A stretch of DNA of 32,000 nucleotides from Blochmannia endosymbiont of Camponotus modoc (GTDB lineage: Bacteria > Pseudomonadota > Gammaproteobacteria > Enterobacterales > Enterobacteriaceae). Below are positions 11,456 to 24,848 of the stretch, one piece after another (positions within the stretch are counted from its first letter, which is position 1; the number at the start of each line of letters is the position of its first letter). The stretch lies in the NCBI RefSeq assembly GCF_023585785.1, contig NZ_CP097765.1, forward strand, positions 360,001-392,000, read 5' to 3'. Below the pieces are notes generated by a model. It ran no database searches and was not told where the DNA came from. It saw only the letters and a list, made by a program, of their open reading frames with translations. A program made the translations under genes and the position numbers.

Positions 11456-12217
11456 TCACTCAATAATATGTAAACCACATTCACGTTGTAGTCCAAAAAA
11501 ACGTGTATCTTCTTCTTTCATACCAGGTTCCCATTTTCTGCTAGTATGTACATCTCCTATTGATACATAACCTTGTTGCCACAATGGATGATATTCCAAA
11601 GAATGTTTTTCAATGTATCTATGAATCTGAAGAGAATTCCAATCAATGATAGGTAGGAATTTAAAAATTCCATTTTGAATGGTTATTATTGGCAATTTTT
11701 TACGACTATTTGATTGATGTCTCCTTAAGCCTGCAATCCATGTTTCCGCTTTCAGCGTCCTTAGAGCACGATGCATAGGTTCAACTTTGTTAATAGAATT
11801 GTATTGTTGGATTCCTTTTATACCCTGTGTCCATAATTTACCATATCGTGCTTCTTGCCATGCTGCAGATTGATTCGGAGAAAATACATGTAAATTTAAT
11901 CGCATTTTTTCTGTTAATCGATCGATAAATCGATATGTTTCTGGAAATAAATAACCAGTATCAATTAAAATAATCGGAATATTAGGATAATAATGAGTGG
12001 TTAAATGTAAACTGACTGACGATTGAATACCAAAACTCGAAGACAATATTGCTTGTTTAGGTAAATATTCTATAGCCCATGTGAACCTATCTACCGTATT
12101 TAAAGATTCTAAATATTGATTTATTTTAGCTAAAATCAATTTTTGTTCATTAATGTTTAGTGAATTGAGTTCTGCAAAAGTCCAGCAATGATTAATAACG
12201 TTTAATAGTTTATTCAT
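11456..12217 (-). CDS. cysH: phosphoadenosine phosphosulfate (PAPS) reductase
   Basis: [57 protein letters not shown] and terminal RECGLHIIE (catalytic Cys motif). Confidence 0.97.
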   Translation of the reverse strand: MNKLLNVINHCWTFAELNSLNINEQKLILAKINQYLESLNTVDRFTWAIEYLPKQAILSSSFGIQSSVSLHLTTHYYPNIPIILIDTGYLFPETYRFIDRLTEKMRLNLHVFSPNQSAAWQEARYGKLWTQGIKGIQQYNSINKVEPMHRALRTLKAETWIAGLRRHQSNSRKKLPIITIQNGIFKFLPIIDWNSLQIHRYIEKHSLEYHPLWQQGYVSIGDVHTSRKWEPGMKEEDTRFFGLQRECGLHIIE

Positions 12218-13937
12218 AAAAATCTTTTTCAGAATTTATAACGGCATTAACTATCCCAGATCTTACTACATAATCTCCATAAGATTCTTGATTATTTCTC
12301 TCTTGTGCCCAACGACTAATAGTCATATCGAGAATATTTAAAATATCATTTTCCGTGATATTTTCTTTGTACAATCGAGGAATACGCGTACCGATATTAT
12401 TACCTCCTAAATAAAGATTATAACGCCCAATTGATCTTCCTGTTAATCCAATTTCTGATAACATCGCTCGAGCACAACTGTTAGGACAACCTGTTACTCG
12501 TAAAATAATAGCATCTTTTTCTAATCTATATTTTGACATGATATTTTCTATCTTAGTAACAAATTTTGGTAAAAATCGTTCTGCTTCTGCCATCGCCAAT
12601 GGACAAGTAGGAAACGCTACACACGCCATAGATGCTTTTCGTTGCGGCGTAATATCATCATTGATTACACCATATTTTCTCAATGTACTTTCAACCATTA
12701 ATTTATTGTCCTTAGATACTCCAGAAATAATTAAATTTTGATTTGCAGTCAATCTAAAAGAACCTGAATGTATTTGTGCAACTTCTGCAATCCCACGTTT
12801 TAACAGCTTATGGGGATCATTATTTGATATTCTGCCGTTTTCTATAAATAGAGTAAGATGCCAATAATCATCAATACCCTGTACCCATCCAAATCGATCT
12901 CCTCTATCCGTGAATACATAAGGATGAATTGGATGAAATTTTACTCCAGAACGACGTTCAACTTCTGATTTAAATGTTGTCACTCCAACTCGAGTCAAAG
13001 TATACTTTGTTTTAGCATGTCTACGATCAGATCTATCTCCCCAGTCTCTTTGTATTGTAACTACTGCTTCTGCAATTTTTAAAACATCTTTTTTAGAAAT
13101 ATATCCAAATGCGCTAGCTTTACGAGGATATGTGGTAATATCTCCGTAAGTCATCGCTAATCCTCCGCCTACTAATACATTAAAACCAATTATTTGATCA
13201 GTGTTTTCGCTTCTGATAGCAATAAAACTAAGATCATTAGCATGAACATCTACATCATTTATAGGTGGTATCGCAATTGCTATTTTAAATTTACGGGGTA
13301 AATAAGTAGCGCTTAAAATTGGCTCAGAATCTGTAGATTCTGTTTTTTTTGAACCTAACCAAATTTCTGCATATGCATTGGATTTCGGCAGTAAATATGA
13401 AGAAATACTTTTCGCCAATTCCCATACCTGATAATGTAATGTTGATTCCATAGGATTAGCCGTGCATATTACATTACGATTTACATCTCCAGCAGTAGCT
13501 ATAGAATCTAATCCCAATTGATTCAATAAACGATGCACATTTTTCAAGTTAGGTTTTAATAAACCATGTAGTTGAAAGGTTTGTCGAGTAGTAAGACGTA
13601 TCGTGCCATATAAAGTATATTTTTCTGAAAAATCATCGATAGCCAACCATTGTGTCGGCATAATCACGCCACCCGGTAAACGACAACGTAACATCATATT
13701 GATTAGTGGTTCTAATTTTTGATTTGCTCGTTCTACACGTACATCGCGATCATCCTGTTGATACATTCCATGAAATCTGATTAATTGAGCATCTTCTGTA
13801 TTAAATCCACCGGTTAAATTATTATCTAAATTTTGAGCAATAGTGCCTCTTAGAAAGTTACTTTCTTGTTTGATTCGCTCATTATCGGATAATAACGGTA
13901 TACTTTGATCATTGTTATTATTATATTTTTTGTTCAT
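12210..13937 (-). CDS. cysI: sulfite reductase hemoprotein beta-component
   Basis: [21 protein letters not shown] and [48 protein letters not shown], with the 4Fe-4S/siroheme cysteines retained. 8-bp overlap with cysH. Confidence 0.98.
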   Translation of the reverse strand: MNKKYNNNNDQSIPLLSDNERIKQESNFLRGTIAQNLDNNLTGGFNTEDAQLIRFHGMYQQDDRDVRVERANQKLEPLINMMLRCRLPGGVIMPTQWLAIDDFSEKYTLYGTIRLTTRQTFQLHGLLKPNLKNVHRLLNQLGLDSIATAGDVNRNVICTANPMESTLHYQVWELAKSISSYLLPKSNAYAEIWLGSKKTESTDSEPILSATYLPRKFKIAIAIPPINDVDVHANDLSFIAIRSENTDQIIGFNVLVGGGLAMTYGDITTYPRKASAFGYISKKDVLKIAEAVVTIQRDWGDRSDRRHAKTKYTLTRVGVTTFKSEVERRSGVKFHPIHPYVFTDRGDRFGWVQGIDDYWHLTLFIENGRISNNDPHKLLKRGIAEVAQIHSGSFRLTANQNLIISGVSKDNKLMVESTLRKYGVINDDITPQRKASMACVAFPTCPLAMAEAERFLPKFVTKIENIMSKYRLEKDAIILRVTGCPNSCARAMLSEIGLTGRSIGRYNLYLGGNNIGTRIPRLYKENITENDILNILDMTISRWAQERNNQESYGDYVVRSGIVNAVINSEKDFYE

Positions 13938-15757
13938 TAGTAAATATCTCTCTGATAACGATGTTGTATCCGCATGTTATGCCAAAATTCATCCGCTTTA
14001 TCTAAATCCATACTCCCGTGTTTAGATGCTAACATAACTAAAGCCTTATTTACATCTTGAGCCATATGTTTAGCATCGCCACATACATAAATATGAGCTC
14101 CTTCTTGAATCCATGACCAAAGCTCTACGCTATTCTTTAATAATTTGTTTTGTACATAAATCTTATCATTTTGATCTCTGGACCAAGCTGTATCAATTTT
14201 GGTTAATAAACCATCTCTGAAATAACGTTGCCATTCAATTTGATAAAGAAAATCATCTGTAAATCTTAAATTTCCAAAAAATAACCAGTTTTTTCCTGAT
14301 GCACTGTCTGCAGATCTTTGTTGCATAAAAGCACGAAACGGAGCAATACCTGTTCCGGCTCCAATCATAATTACTGGAACATTAGAATTTTTTGGTAGTC
14401 TAAAATTATTATTAGGTTCAATAAAAATACGTATTTTTTCATTTTCTTTTATGCGATCTACTAAATAACCACTAGCACCACCTGTTCTAAAACGTTTATT
14501 TGTCTTATAACGTACTACACTTACAGTAATATGTACTTCATCTCCTACCTCTGATTGAGCGGAAGAAATAGAATAGAATCGGGGTTTCATAGGGCGTAAT
14601 ACTTGCAATAACTCTTGCGGAGTTATTGCAATTGATACACGATGCATCATTTCAATAATAGGCGTAGTTAAAATAAATTTATTTAATTTTTCTGAATTGC
14701 AGAATAAATCCAACAACATTTTATCTTGAGTAATAGTGGCTATATTTTTTACAACAAAGGAAGTATTATGAGTTAATTCGTAATGTTTCTGTAATGCTTC
14801 ACTAAGAGACATTGGTGCTTCTTGAACCCGTACTTGTTCTGTTCCTTTAAATCTTAATAATTCTAGTAACTCATTAATAAGATTAGGATCATTTTCATAC
14901 CACACTCCTAACGCATCTCCTGGTTGATAATGTAAATCAGAATCAGCAAGATCTATCTCTAAATGATGCACATCTTTAAGTGAATCACGACTAGTAATTT
15001 TGTATCGGGTTGATAAACAAGCAATTAATGGATATTCTTTATTATATACAGTGTGATTTACTTGTTTAAGATTACAACTTTTATTATTTTGATTAAATAT
15101 GGAAGTAGATATTCTTTTATTTTTTAATAAAAAAACTATTTTTTTTCTCCATACATTAGCTTCTTCTGTAAAATCGATATCGACGTCGACTCGATCGCAT
15201 AATCGATGCGCTCCAAGCTCTTCTAATCGGTGATCAAAATCTTTGCCAGCTTTAGCAAAATATTCATATGACCGATCTCCAAAACTAAATACCGCAAAAT
15301 GAGTATTTGGCATTTTAACTGCTTTATTGGAAAATAAATACCTGTATAACGCAATTGCTTCTTCTGGAGGTTCTCCCTCTCCATAAGTAGAAGTAATAAT
15401 AATTAATAATGTTTCTTTAGAAATCTTCTTAAATTTGTAATCTCCAGCATTGAACAACATGACATCCATATTAATTGCATGAATATCATCGCGTAATTTC
15501 TCAGCTAATTGACGTGCATTTCCAGTTTGAGAAGCAGATATTAAGGTAATTGTTTTATTAAGACAAACACCTTCTATTTTAGTGTTTTCAGAAAAATCAG
15601 TTATTTTATTAGTTTCTGCAACACTTGCCAATCCCCATAAATATCCAGATATCCAAATCAGTTGAGAACTGGACAAAGTAACTAAAAATGATCGAATATA
15701 ATCTAACTGTTCCGAAGTTAACGGTGTTATTTCGTTATGTGCTGTTTTTTTTATCAT
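13937..15757 (-). CDS. cysJ: sulfite reductase flavoprotein alpha-component
   Basis: Flavodoxin [16 protein letters not shown] and [21 protein letters not shown]; FAD motif RFYSISSA; NADPH domain [18 protein letters not shown] and [13 protein letters not shown]. 1-bp overlap with cysI. Confidence 0.98.
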   Translation of the reverse strand: MIKKTAHNEITPLTSEQLDYIRSFLVTLSSSQLIWISGYLWGLASVAETNKITDFSENTKIEGVCLNKTITLISASQTGNARQLAEKLRDDIHAINMDVMLFNAGDYKFKKISKETLLIIITSTYGEGEPPEEAIALYRYLFSNKAVKMPNTHFAVFSFGDRSYEYFAKAGKDFDHRLEELGAHRLCDRVDVDIDFTEEANVWRKKIVFLLKNKRISTSIFNQNNKSCNLKQVNHTVYNKEYPLIACLSTRYKITSRDSLKDVHHLEIDLADSDLHYQPGDALGVWYENDPNLINELLELLRFKGTEQVRVQEAPMSLSEALQKHYELTHNTSFVVKNIATITQDKMLLDLFCNSEKLNKFILTTPIIEMMHRVSIAITPQELLQVLRPMKPRFYSISSAQSEVGDEVHITVSVVRYKTNKRFRTGGASGYLVDRIKENEKIRIFIEPNNNFRLPKNSNVPVIMIGAGTGIAPFRAFMQQRSADSASGKNWLFFGNLRFTDDFLYQIEWQRYFRDGLLTKIDTAWSRDQNDKIYVQNKLLKNSVELWSWIQEGAHIYVCGDAKHMAQDVNKALVMLASKHGSMDLDKADEFWHNMRIQHRYQRDIY

Positions 15758-16324
15758 TAAATTAAACTACTTAATTTGTTGCACAAATAACAAATCTTAC
15801 AATTTGATAAGGATGTGCATCTTTTTAAAATATTGATATGCCTATATAACCCAATTTATCTGGGTATTAAACAATACGAATTACTAATGTATATAAACAA
15901 ACTTAATTTTAAAAATTTTTTAGATCTTATTAAAAAAAATACTTTTTGAAAATTATTTCTTGTTATATTAAAACAATATAAACTGCAATAAAACATAAAA
16001 CGCACATACTTCAAAAAATCTGTTATTATAGTAGCAATGTAAAATATATGCAGTATAATCAATTATTCATTTTTTGAAATTAATAAGAAACAGTTTACAA
16101 CACAATACACAAAAGACACATTAAGAATTAACTATATTACTCGTATATATATTTATATAAATTATTGTTTAGATCACATCAAAAACACGTAAATTAATTA
16201 CTTTTTAACTAATGCTCTATGTTCATATAGAATATACAAATTGTTTCATCTTTTAATTTTTCTATAAAAAATATTCTTTTGTCTATTTTTTTTATATATA
16301 TAATATACTGAATTACAGCATCAA

Positions 16325-17623
16325 CTATGACATAAGTTTACTTTTGAATCTATACAATACTCCCTTTTTTCCTAACATTTCTTCTATACGAATTAGTTGA
16401 TTGTATTTAGCTACTCGTTCAGAACAACGTACAGGTCCAGTTTTTATTTGACCTGAAGAGGTACCTACGGCTATGTCAGCAATGCTTGTATCTTCAGTTT
16501 CTCCGGAACGATGTGAAATAATTGTACCGTAACCTGCATTTTTAGCTACTCTAATCGTATCTAGTGTTTCAGTTAAAGACCCTATCTGATTGCATTTAAT
16601 TAAAATAGAATTTGCAATATTTCGATTAATACCGATTTGTAATAAATTGATATTAGTTACAAACAAGTCATCTCCTATTAGTTGAATTTTATTACCCAGA
16701 ACTTTGGTTTGGTAAGCAAATCCATCCCAATCGTATTCGCTCTGTCCATCTTCAATAGAAACTATCGAGTATTTTTGTGCTAATGACGATAAATAATAAG
16801 TAAATTCTTCAGAAGTAAAAAACTTTTTTTCACTTTTTATGTTATACTTGTTGGTGGATGTATCAAATAATTCAGATGCAGCACAATCTATTGCTAGGAC
16901 AATATCTTCTTTTAAAATATAACCGGACTGTTCTATAGATTCTTTTATTAATTCTAATGCAGTGGCATGAGAATTAAGATTAGGAGCATATCCACCTTCG
17001 TCGCCTAATTGCGTGGATATTCCTTTATTATTTAATATTACTTTTAAATTATGTGATATTTCAGATCCCATCTGAATTGCTTCTTTGATGGTTTTTGCTC
17101 CAATCGGGATAATCATAAATTCCTGAATATCTAAATTATTATCAGCATGCTTACCACCATTAATAATATTCATCATAGGGAGCGGTATAACAAATGTATT
17201 TTTTGGCGCATCATACAAATCAGAAATATGCTGATATAATGGAACATTTTTAAATGCCGAAGCTGCTTTTGCAACTGCTAAAGAAACACTCAAGATAGCA
17301 TTAGCACCAAATTTTGATTTATTACTGGTTCCATCCAAATCAATCATAATAGTATCAATAACACGTTGTTGCGTTACATCCATACCTATTAATGCTTTAT
17401 GAATGGGTCCATTTACAGCGTTGACCGCTTTTGTTACTCCTTTTCCAAAAAACCGATTGATATTATTATCTCTTAACTCTAAAGCTTCTTGAGAACCAAC
17501 AGATGCTCCAGACGGAACAGATGCTAATCTAGAACCACTTTTAATATATACTTCGGTCTCTACTGTTGGATTACCACGAGAATCAATAACTTCACGTCCA
17601 ACAATATTCAAAATCTTAGGCAT
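16325..17623 (-). CDS. eno: enolase
   Basis: [75 protein letters not shown] and [19 protein letters not shown] are classical enolase motifs. Confidence 0.98.
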   Translation of the reverse strand: MPKILNIVGREVIDSRGNPTVETEVYIKSGSRLASVPSGASVGSQEALELRDNNINRFFGKGVTKAVNAVNGPIHKALIGMDVTQQRVIDTIMIDLDGTSNKSKFGANAILSVSLAVAKAASAFKNVPLYQHISDLYDAPKNTFVIPLPMMNIINGGKHADNNLDIQEFMIIPIGAKTIKEAIQMGSEISHNLKVILNNKGISTQLGDEGGYAPNLNSHATALELIKESIEQSGYILKEDIVLAIDCAASELFDTSTNKYNIKSEKKFFTSEEFTYYLSSLAQKYSIVSIEDGQSEYDWDGFAYQTKVLGNKIQLIGDDLFVTNINLLQIGINRNIANSILIKCNQIGSLTETLDTIRVAKNAGYGTIISHRSGETEDTSIADIAVGTSSGQIKTGPVRCSERVAKYNQLIRIEEMLGKKGVLYRFKSKLMS

Positions 17624-17699
17624 TTTTATTTCCTTTATGAATTAATCTTGATTTTCATACGAACCCAAAAATAATATCATAAACATTGACTCGTATGTA

Positions 17700-19349
<1,650 letters not shown>

Positions 19350-19775
19350 TCAATCCAAATTATACATTTAATTTTTCACGGTTTAAAATTTTTCTATGAT
19401 CATGGCGAATTATTAGTTAAATAAGTAATTATTTATATGCTTATTTTTATTTTTAGAATAAAATTCTTATCATTCCTAGATGTTCTGCAAATTTTATAAT
19501 TAATAAATGAATTATTCGTTTGCAAATAAGACATTTAAAAATTACACAACTTGGCCATAAAAAATCGATAACAGTACCAGCATTGAGTATCATGACATTA
19601 CACAATCTTTTGCAACAAAACGCAATATTCACTCACTATATAGAGTAGTCGCAGTAACAACTTTCAATACTTGAAGTGTATACTATACAAAACACGATGT
19701 ATATATATGATACAAACTTTAATATAATAATATTTGATGAACATAATTATAGTAAAATATAACATTTTTGACTAT

Positions 19776-20129
19776 TTATACACTGAAAGAAGAACCGCAA
19801 CTACAAGTATTTTTGGCATTTGGATTTATTACAACAAATCGAGACCCTTCTAATCCTTCATAATAATCTATAATACCTCCAAACAAATATTGCAGGCTCA
19901 TAGGATCTATTACTAAAGTAGCACCGTTATTTTCTATAATACAATCATCGCTAGAAATTTTATCATCTAAAATAAAACCATATTGAAACCCACTACAACC
20001 TCCTCCTATAATATATACGCGCAATTTTAAATGTGAATTATTATTAAGTATTTCACTTTCAGTGAAATACTTTACTTTGCTGGCTGCAAAATCAGTCAAT
20101 TGTATAGGAAATTTTGCATCATTATTCAT
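19776..20129 (-). CDS. erpA: iron-sulfur cluster insertion protein (A-type carrier)
   Basis: [68 protein letters not shown]. Closest to E. coli ErpA, with the three ligand cysteines present. Confidence 0.95.
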   Translation of the reverse strand: MNNDAKFPIQLTDFAASKVKYFTESEILNNNSHLKLRVYIIGGGCSGFQYGFILDDKISSDDCIIENNGATLVIDPMSLQYLFGGIIDYYEGLEGSRFVVINPNAKNTCSCGSSFSV

Positions 20130-20473
20130 AATTACTAACCTTTTATATCAAAGAAAAACATTATAATTCGTTTTGTAATAATTAATTAATCAATTTATAA
20201 TTTGAGCATATTTAATTTTATAAAAAATTAATCCATTAAAAAATTTATATAATTACCAAATATATGTTATATACAACGACATTATTTACAATTTATAAAT
20301 ATTTACTATATAAATAAATTGTATTTTATTAGGAAATATTTAAATATAATGTTATCAATCAACAATATTAAAATAGAATAAAAGTGACGTAAAGTATCAT
20401 TGAATGTTATTGCATAAATCGTACTTCTATTTTTCCAAACAATTAACAATTATTTATAGTAAAAATTATTTAT

Positions 20474-22855
20474 CTACTCATTTGTATTGCGAGTACCTTG
20501 TTCTTCTACGATATTTATCGATTGCTGATTATATGAGATTATTTTTGATTCTTTTAATGACTGAAATAATAATTGCCAATCATTCACCCACACTGGCAAA
20601 ACCTGACAATCAGTATTTTTGCTATCATGTAATGTAAAGTTACCACAATTATCTATAGGTATATTCTTAATACCACTAGGTAGTTCTAAATGTAAAGGAG
20701 TAGGATTTTTATGATCTAAATACAAATTATATAGAGTTAATGCGCCATTAGTACCTGTTAATTTAGTTCTTCCATTATTGTCACGTCCTATCCAAATCAC
20801 AGTTACTTCTGTGTCATCAATTCCAACAAACCAACTATCGCGAAGATCATTAGTAGTTCCGGTCTTTGCGGCTAACTGAGAACAAGGAAATTTTAAAGAT
20901 AAAATACGAGAAGTTCCTCGTGTTGCTACTTGTTGCATTGCATATAACGTTAAATAAGCTGCTTGAGGGAAAATAACACGCTCTGTCTTAATAAAATGTT
21001 GATATGATACTGTATCTTCTTCGTTCATAATATAACAAACAGATGATAAGGCAGAATATTGCCCGCCGCTAGCAATAGTTTGAAATTCTTGCGCGACTTC
21101 TATAGGTGTTAAACTAATGGATCCTAAAAGGATAGATGGAAAGGAAGAAATAAAATCAGGAGAAATGCCCAATTTTTTTAAAACATCAGAAATAGTGTCT
21201 AGTCCTATTGTCATGCCTAAATTAACAGTAGGTACATTGAGAGATTTAATAAAAGCATCAATAAGAGTGACCTTGCCTCGAAATTTTCGGTCATAATTTT
21301 TAGGGGACCAAATTACTCCATTTGGTTGTTGTAAATGAATAGGCTCATCAGCAATCCATGTATTGAGGTGATATTTATCAGGATGACTTAAAGCTGCTAA
21401 ATAAATTGCCGGTTTTGCTAATGAACCTATAGAACGACGAGCATGCATAGCACGATTAAATCCAGAAAAATGGGGAGCAGATCCTCCTACCATAGCTCGT
21501 ATTTTTCCATTAAATCGATCTACTACAACTATGGCTCCTTCTAAATCTTTTACATTATAACAATGCCTTAATTTATGAATACCTAATTTCATTGCCTGTT
21601 CTGCTGCTTTTTGAGAAATAGGATCTAACGTAGTAAATATTTTTATTCCAGAAAAATCATTGATTCCATCAATATTTTGTATTTCTTCATTTACCATTTG
21701 TGTAAAAGCAGGTTGTAAAATTAATATCTCATCCTTTGGCTGTGTTCCTAAAGGTCGCGCGCTAAGAATAGCACATATTTTTTTATCAATAATATTTCTA
21801 TGTTCTAACAATTTGAGTATTAAATTGCGACGTTCCAGTGTTATGTGTGGATTTTTCCAGGGATTATATAAAGACGCGCCTTTTATCATCCCCACTAACA
21901 TTGCTTGTTGATCTATACTTAATTCATTTATCGGTCGACCAAAATAATAAAAACTAGCTAAAGGAAATCCATGAATCTGATCATTTCCGTTTTGACCAAA
22001 ATATATTTCATTCAAATATAATTCAAGAATGCGATCCTTACTATATCGATGATCAAAAATTAAAGCCATATAGGCTTCATTAAATTTACGCCACAATGAT
22101 CGTGTATTATTTAAAAATAAATTTTTTACCAATTGTTGCGTTAAAGTACTTCCGCCTTGTACAGTACGACCAGAAAAAACATTTGCTAAAAAAGCGCGAC
22201 CAATAGAAGATATTTGAATACCATCATGCTGATAAAAATAACGATCTTCAACAGCTAATAACATATCTATTAATATATCTGGAAACTTTGATCTTGGCAT
22301 AAATAATCTTTGCTGCTTATTGGGAGCATATAAAATAGATATGATCTTGGGATCAAATCGAAATAAACCAAAATTATTCTTTGTGTCTTGATTGTAAATG
22401 CGGAGTAATTTTTTTTGATTAAAAAAAAAGGATACATGCATTGCTCCTTCTTCTCCACTTGGAAAATTAAAAGACCTACGAAACAACTCAATGTCATTAT
22501 TATGTACAACAAATTCTCCTGAATGAGTAATTTTAGAGACTTGACGATACTGTAACGTCTCCAATAAATGAATTATATCATTTTTATTATACGACATATT
22601 AGGTTCTACATTAATCATACGGCTATAAATAATCGTAGGTAGTTTCCAAACCTTCCCATCAATACGACTTTGAACCTTCTTATCTAAAAATATTCCATAC
22701 ACTACAATTAAAATGATAATAAAGAAAAAAAAGCATATTACAGTATATAAAAAAAATAAAGCTCGTTGCACAATGACAGAATGATACTTATATGGTAATT
22801 GATTCATAAAAATTATATTATTGATATACGTTACAATACTCAGGTAGATTGACAA
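20474..22855 (-). CDS. mrcB: penicillin-binding protein 1B (bifunctional glycosyltransferase/transpeptidase)
   Basis: UB2H-like segment [43 protein letters not shown]; GT51 [21 protein letters not shown] and [16 protein letters not shown]; transpeptidase [13 protein letters not shown] and [17 protein letters not shown]. Resembles E. coli PBP1b over most of its length. Confidence 0.97.
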   Translation of the reverse strand: MSIYLSIVTYINNIIFMNQLPYKYHSVIVQRALFFLYTVICFFFFIIILIVVYGIFLDKKVQSRIDGKVWKLPTIIYSRMINVEPNMSYNKNDIIHLLETLQYRQVSKITHSGEFVVHNNDIELFRRSFNFPSGEEGAMHVSFFFNQKKLLRIYNQDTKNNFGLFRFDPKIISILYAPNKQQRLFMPRSKFPDILIDMLLAVEDRYFYQHDGIQISSIGRAFLANVFSGRTVQGGSTLTQQLVKNLFLNNTRSLWRKFNEAYMALIFDHRYSKDRILELYLNEIYFGQNGNDQIHGFPLASFYYFGRPINELSIDQQAMLVGMIKGASLYNPWKNPHITLERRNLILKLLEHRNIIDKKICAILSARPLGTQPKDEILILQPAFTQMVNEEIQNIDGINDFSGIKIFTTLDPISQKAAEQAMKLGIHKLRHCYNVKDLEGAIVVVDRFNGKIRAMVGGSAPHFSGFNRAMHARRSIGSLAKPAIYLAALSHPDKYHLNTWIADEPIHLQQPNGVIWSPKNYDRKFRGKVTLIDAFIKSLNVPTVNLGMTIGLDTISDVLKKLGISPDFISSFPSILLGSISLTPIEVAQEFQTIASGGQYSALSSVCYIMNEEDTVSYQHFIKTERVIFPQAAYLTLYAMQQVATRGTSRILSLKFPCSQLAAKTGTTNDLRDSWFVGIDDTEVTVIWIGRDNNGRTKLTGTNGALTLYNLYLDHKNPTPLHLELPSGIKNIPIDNCGNFTLHDSKNTDCQVLPVWVNDWQLLFQSLKESKIISYNQQSINIVEEQGTRNTNE

Positions 22856-24848
22856 TCAATTATAATTTATTCTCCTTTGATTATACGTGATAGTAGGTCA
22901 CATAATAAATCACGCAAATCTACAACAATTTATGTCTATTTTAAATAAACAATTCTACCTTTTTAGATAAAATATTATGATTAGTGTTAAATAATTAATT
23001 AAAAACAAATAAATACGTGAACTACATATATGTTTCCTACGAACACGTTATATTAACTAATAATTAATTATTGAATAAATAAAATGAAATCACACTATAA
23101 GATATTATTAATGTTTTAAATATTTTAAATATTAATCAATACCAATACCAGTATTATCACAATTATAAATTGCTAAGGCTATACCGATATTATTCATACT
23201 TATGTTTCTATAAATGTAGATATCTCTCTTTATACAATACGACTAGGTTTTTATTAAATCAGCTCTAGTACAGTATTAAACTGCGTCACTTATTTAAATT
23301 TAATATCAATTAGATTTTTTTTATAATTTTTAATTATAAATACAATTTAACAACATTCTGATATCTAAATAGCATTTTGATTAAAAATATCAAACAATTT
23401 TCTAATAATATGTGGCTGTTCTTTATGGAGAAGATTTGTAAGAAATATTTTATATATACTAAAATATCCATAATATGCAGTTAAAAAATTCAGTTTATAT
23501 TAATGTGATTATTGCTATTAGCATTTAGAATTTTGAGTATGTTTTGATATTTAATCTACTTAAATAAATATATTTTTGAAAAATTTATAAAACATCGTTA
23601 ATGGTATACTGAAAGTATAGATTACGTTGGTGTTTTATTTTTAAAAATTTTCGAATTTTTCTTATTCTATAAAAATAGACACAAAATAAAATTAAAATAA
23701 CTCGATCATACATAAAATTTCTAAAATTGAATTTGATGATCAAATAATTTCAATATCTGAAATTTTCAATTTTTATAATTATAACCGAATAAGAATATGA
23801 TATAAAAATTTCTATATTGTATCTATATAACATAGATGTTGTTATTGTAGATTATTTCTGATGTGAAGAAGCAATTCGTGTAATGTTGTGATAAGCTATT
23901 ATCATTAATTCCAGAAAGAATTGTTAATATAATATTTCTCTGCATGCAGAAATGTTTAAAATTATATAATAAACTGAACATATCCATAATTATATTTTAT
24001 TATATATAAATTCTCGAATGTACTTGGCATTCATACTAGTATGTAGATTGTAACTAAAGTTAAAAATCCATCATATGTACAACTAACAAGCTTGGATGCG
24101 GTACAACATTGAATATAATACATTTCATTGCATGTATATAATAGACATCATTCAATACAATTACCATTGTATCCTATTATTACCCGTGATAATACTATCT
24201 GAAAATTAGTTAATAATATATACACCATGAATCTTAACACCATCTCACTTATTATTATCAAATATTCAGGTATTATTTTTTTGTTTGTCATATTTGAAAA
24301 TATAATCAAAATATTGATACTGTATATAAAATATACATCACGATTAAACACAATAAAAAATTAAAATGTATTTTGAATGTCTTATTATAAAAGATCTGAA
24401 ATATAATTCAATTTTATGATGATATGTATGAAACTATCTTACGATGATATAATATTATTAATTTAAATTATATAATATACACAAGTGAGTATTGGTATAA
24501 AAATAAGTCTCTTATACATTTTAGTGCGATCATTTAAATCAATGATATCTTATAAAGAATTGGTACAAAAAATTTATAAATAATATTTTTTTAAATATTA
24601 TTTTTTAATTCTTCATTTCATTATTAATTTCTCTTAGAGAAAAGATCATAGAATGTCATAGAGCCATCATACATTCATTGAATTGCTGAATATTGTTTTT
24701 CCATAGCAAATATTTTAATTTGTTAAAAACAATTTTTAAAAATTATTTTTTTCATTATACATTCAAACACACGTAAATATTTTATTACAATACTTATAAT
24801 ATTAACATAAATACGAACATACTTTAAATACATTAAGGAAATACTACA

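Noticed and set aside
12538-12741. 67-aa plus-strand ORF
   Set aside because: Antisense within cysI, shadow ORF of a conserved gene.
15856-16062. 68-aa minus-strand ORF between cysJ and eno
   Set aside because: AT-derived hydrophobic peptide without recognisable similarity. Not a queD remnant as far as I can tell.
21660-21911. 83-aa plus-strand ORF with several cysteines
   Set aside because: Antisense to the highly conserved mrcB coding sequence; the cysteines come from the opposite-strand codons.
22270-22512. 80-aa minus-strand ORF inside mrcB
   Set aside because: Different frame within the well-supported mrcB ORF, with low-complexity hydrophobic content.
24148-24351. 67-aa plus-strand ORF in the mrcB-aceE gap
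   Set aside because: No recognisable domain and AT-rich hydrophobic composition. It could be re-examined if conserved in relatives, but the sequence alone does not support it.
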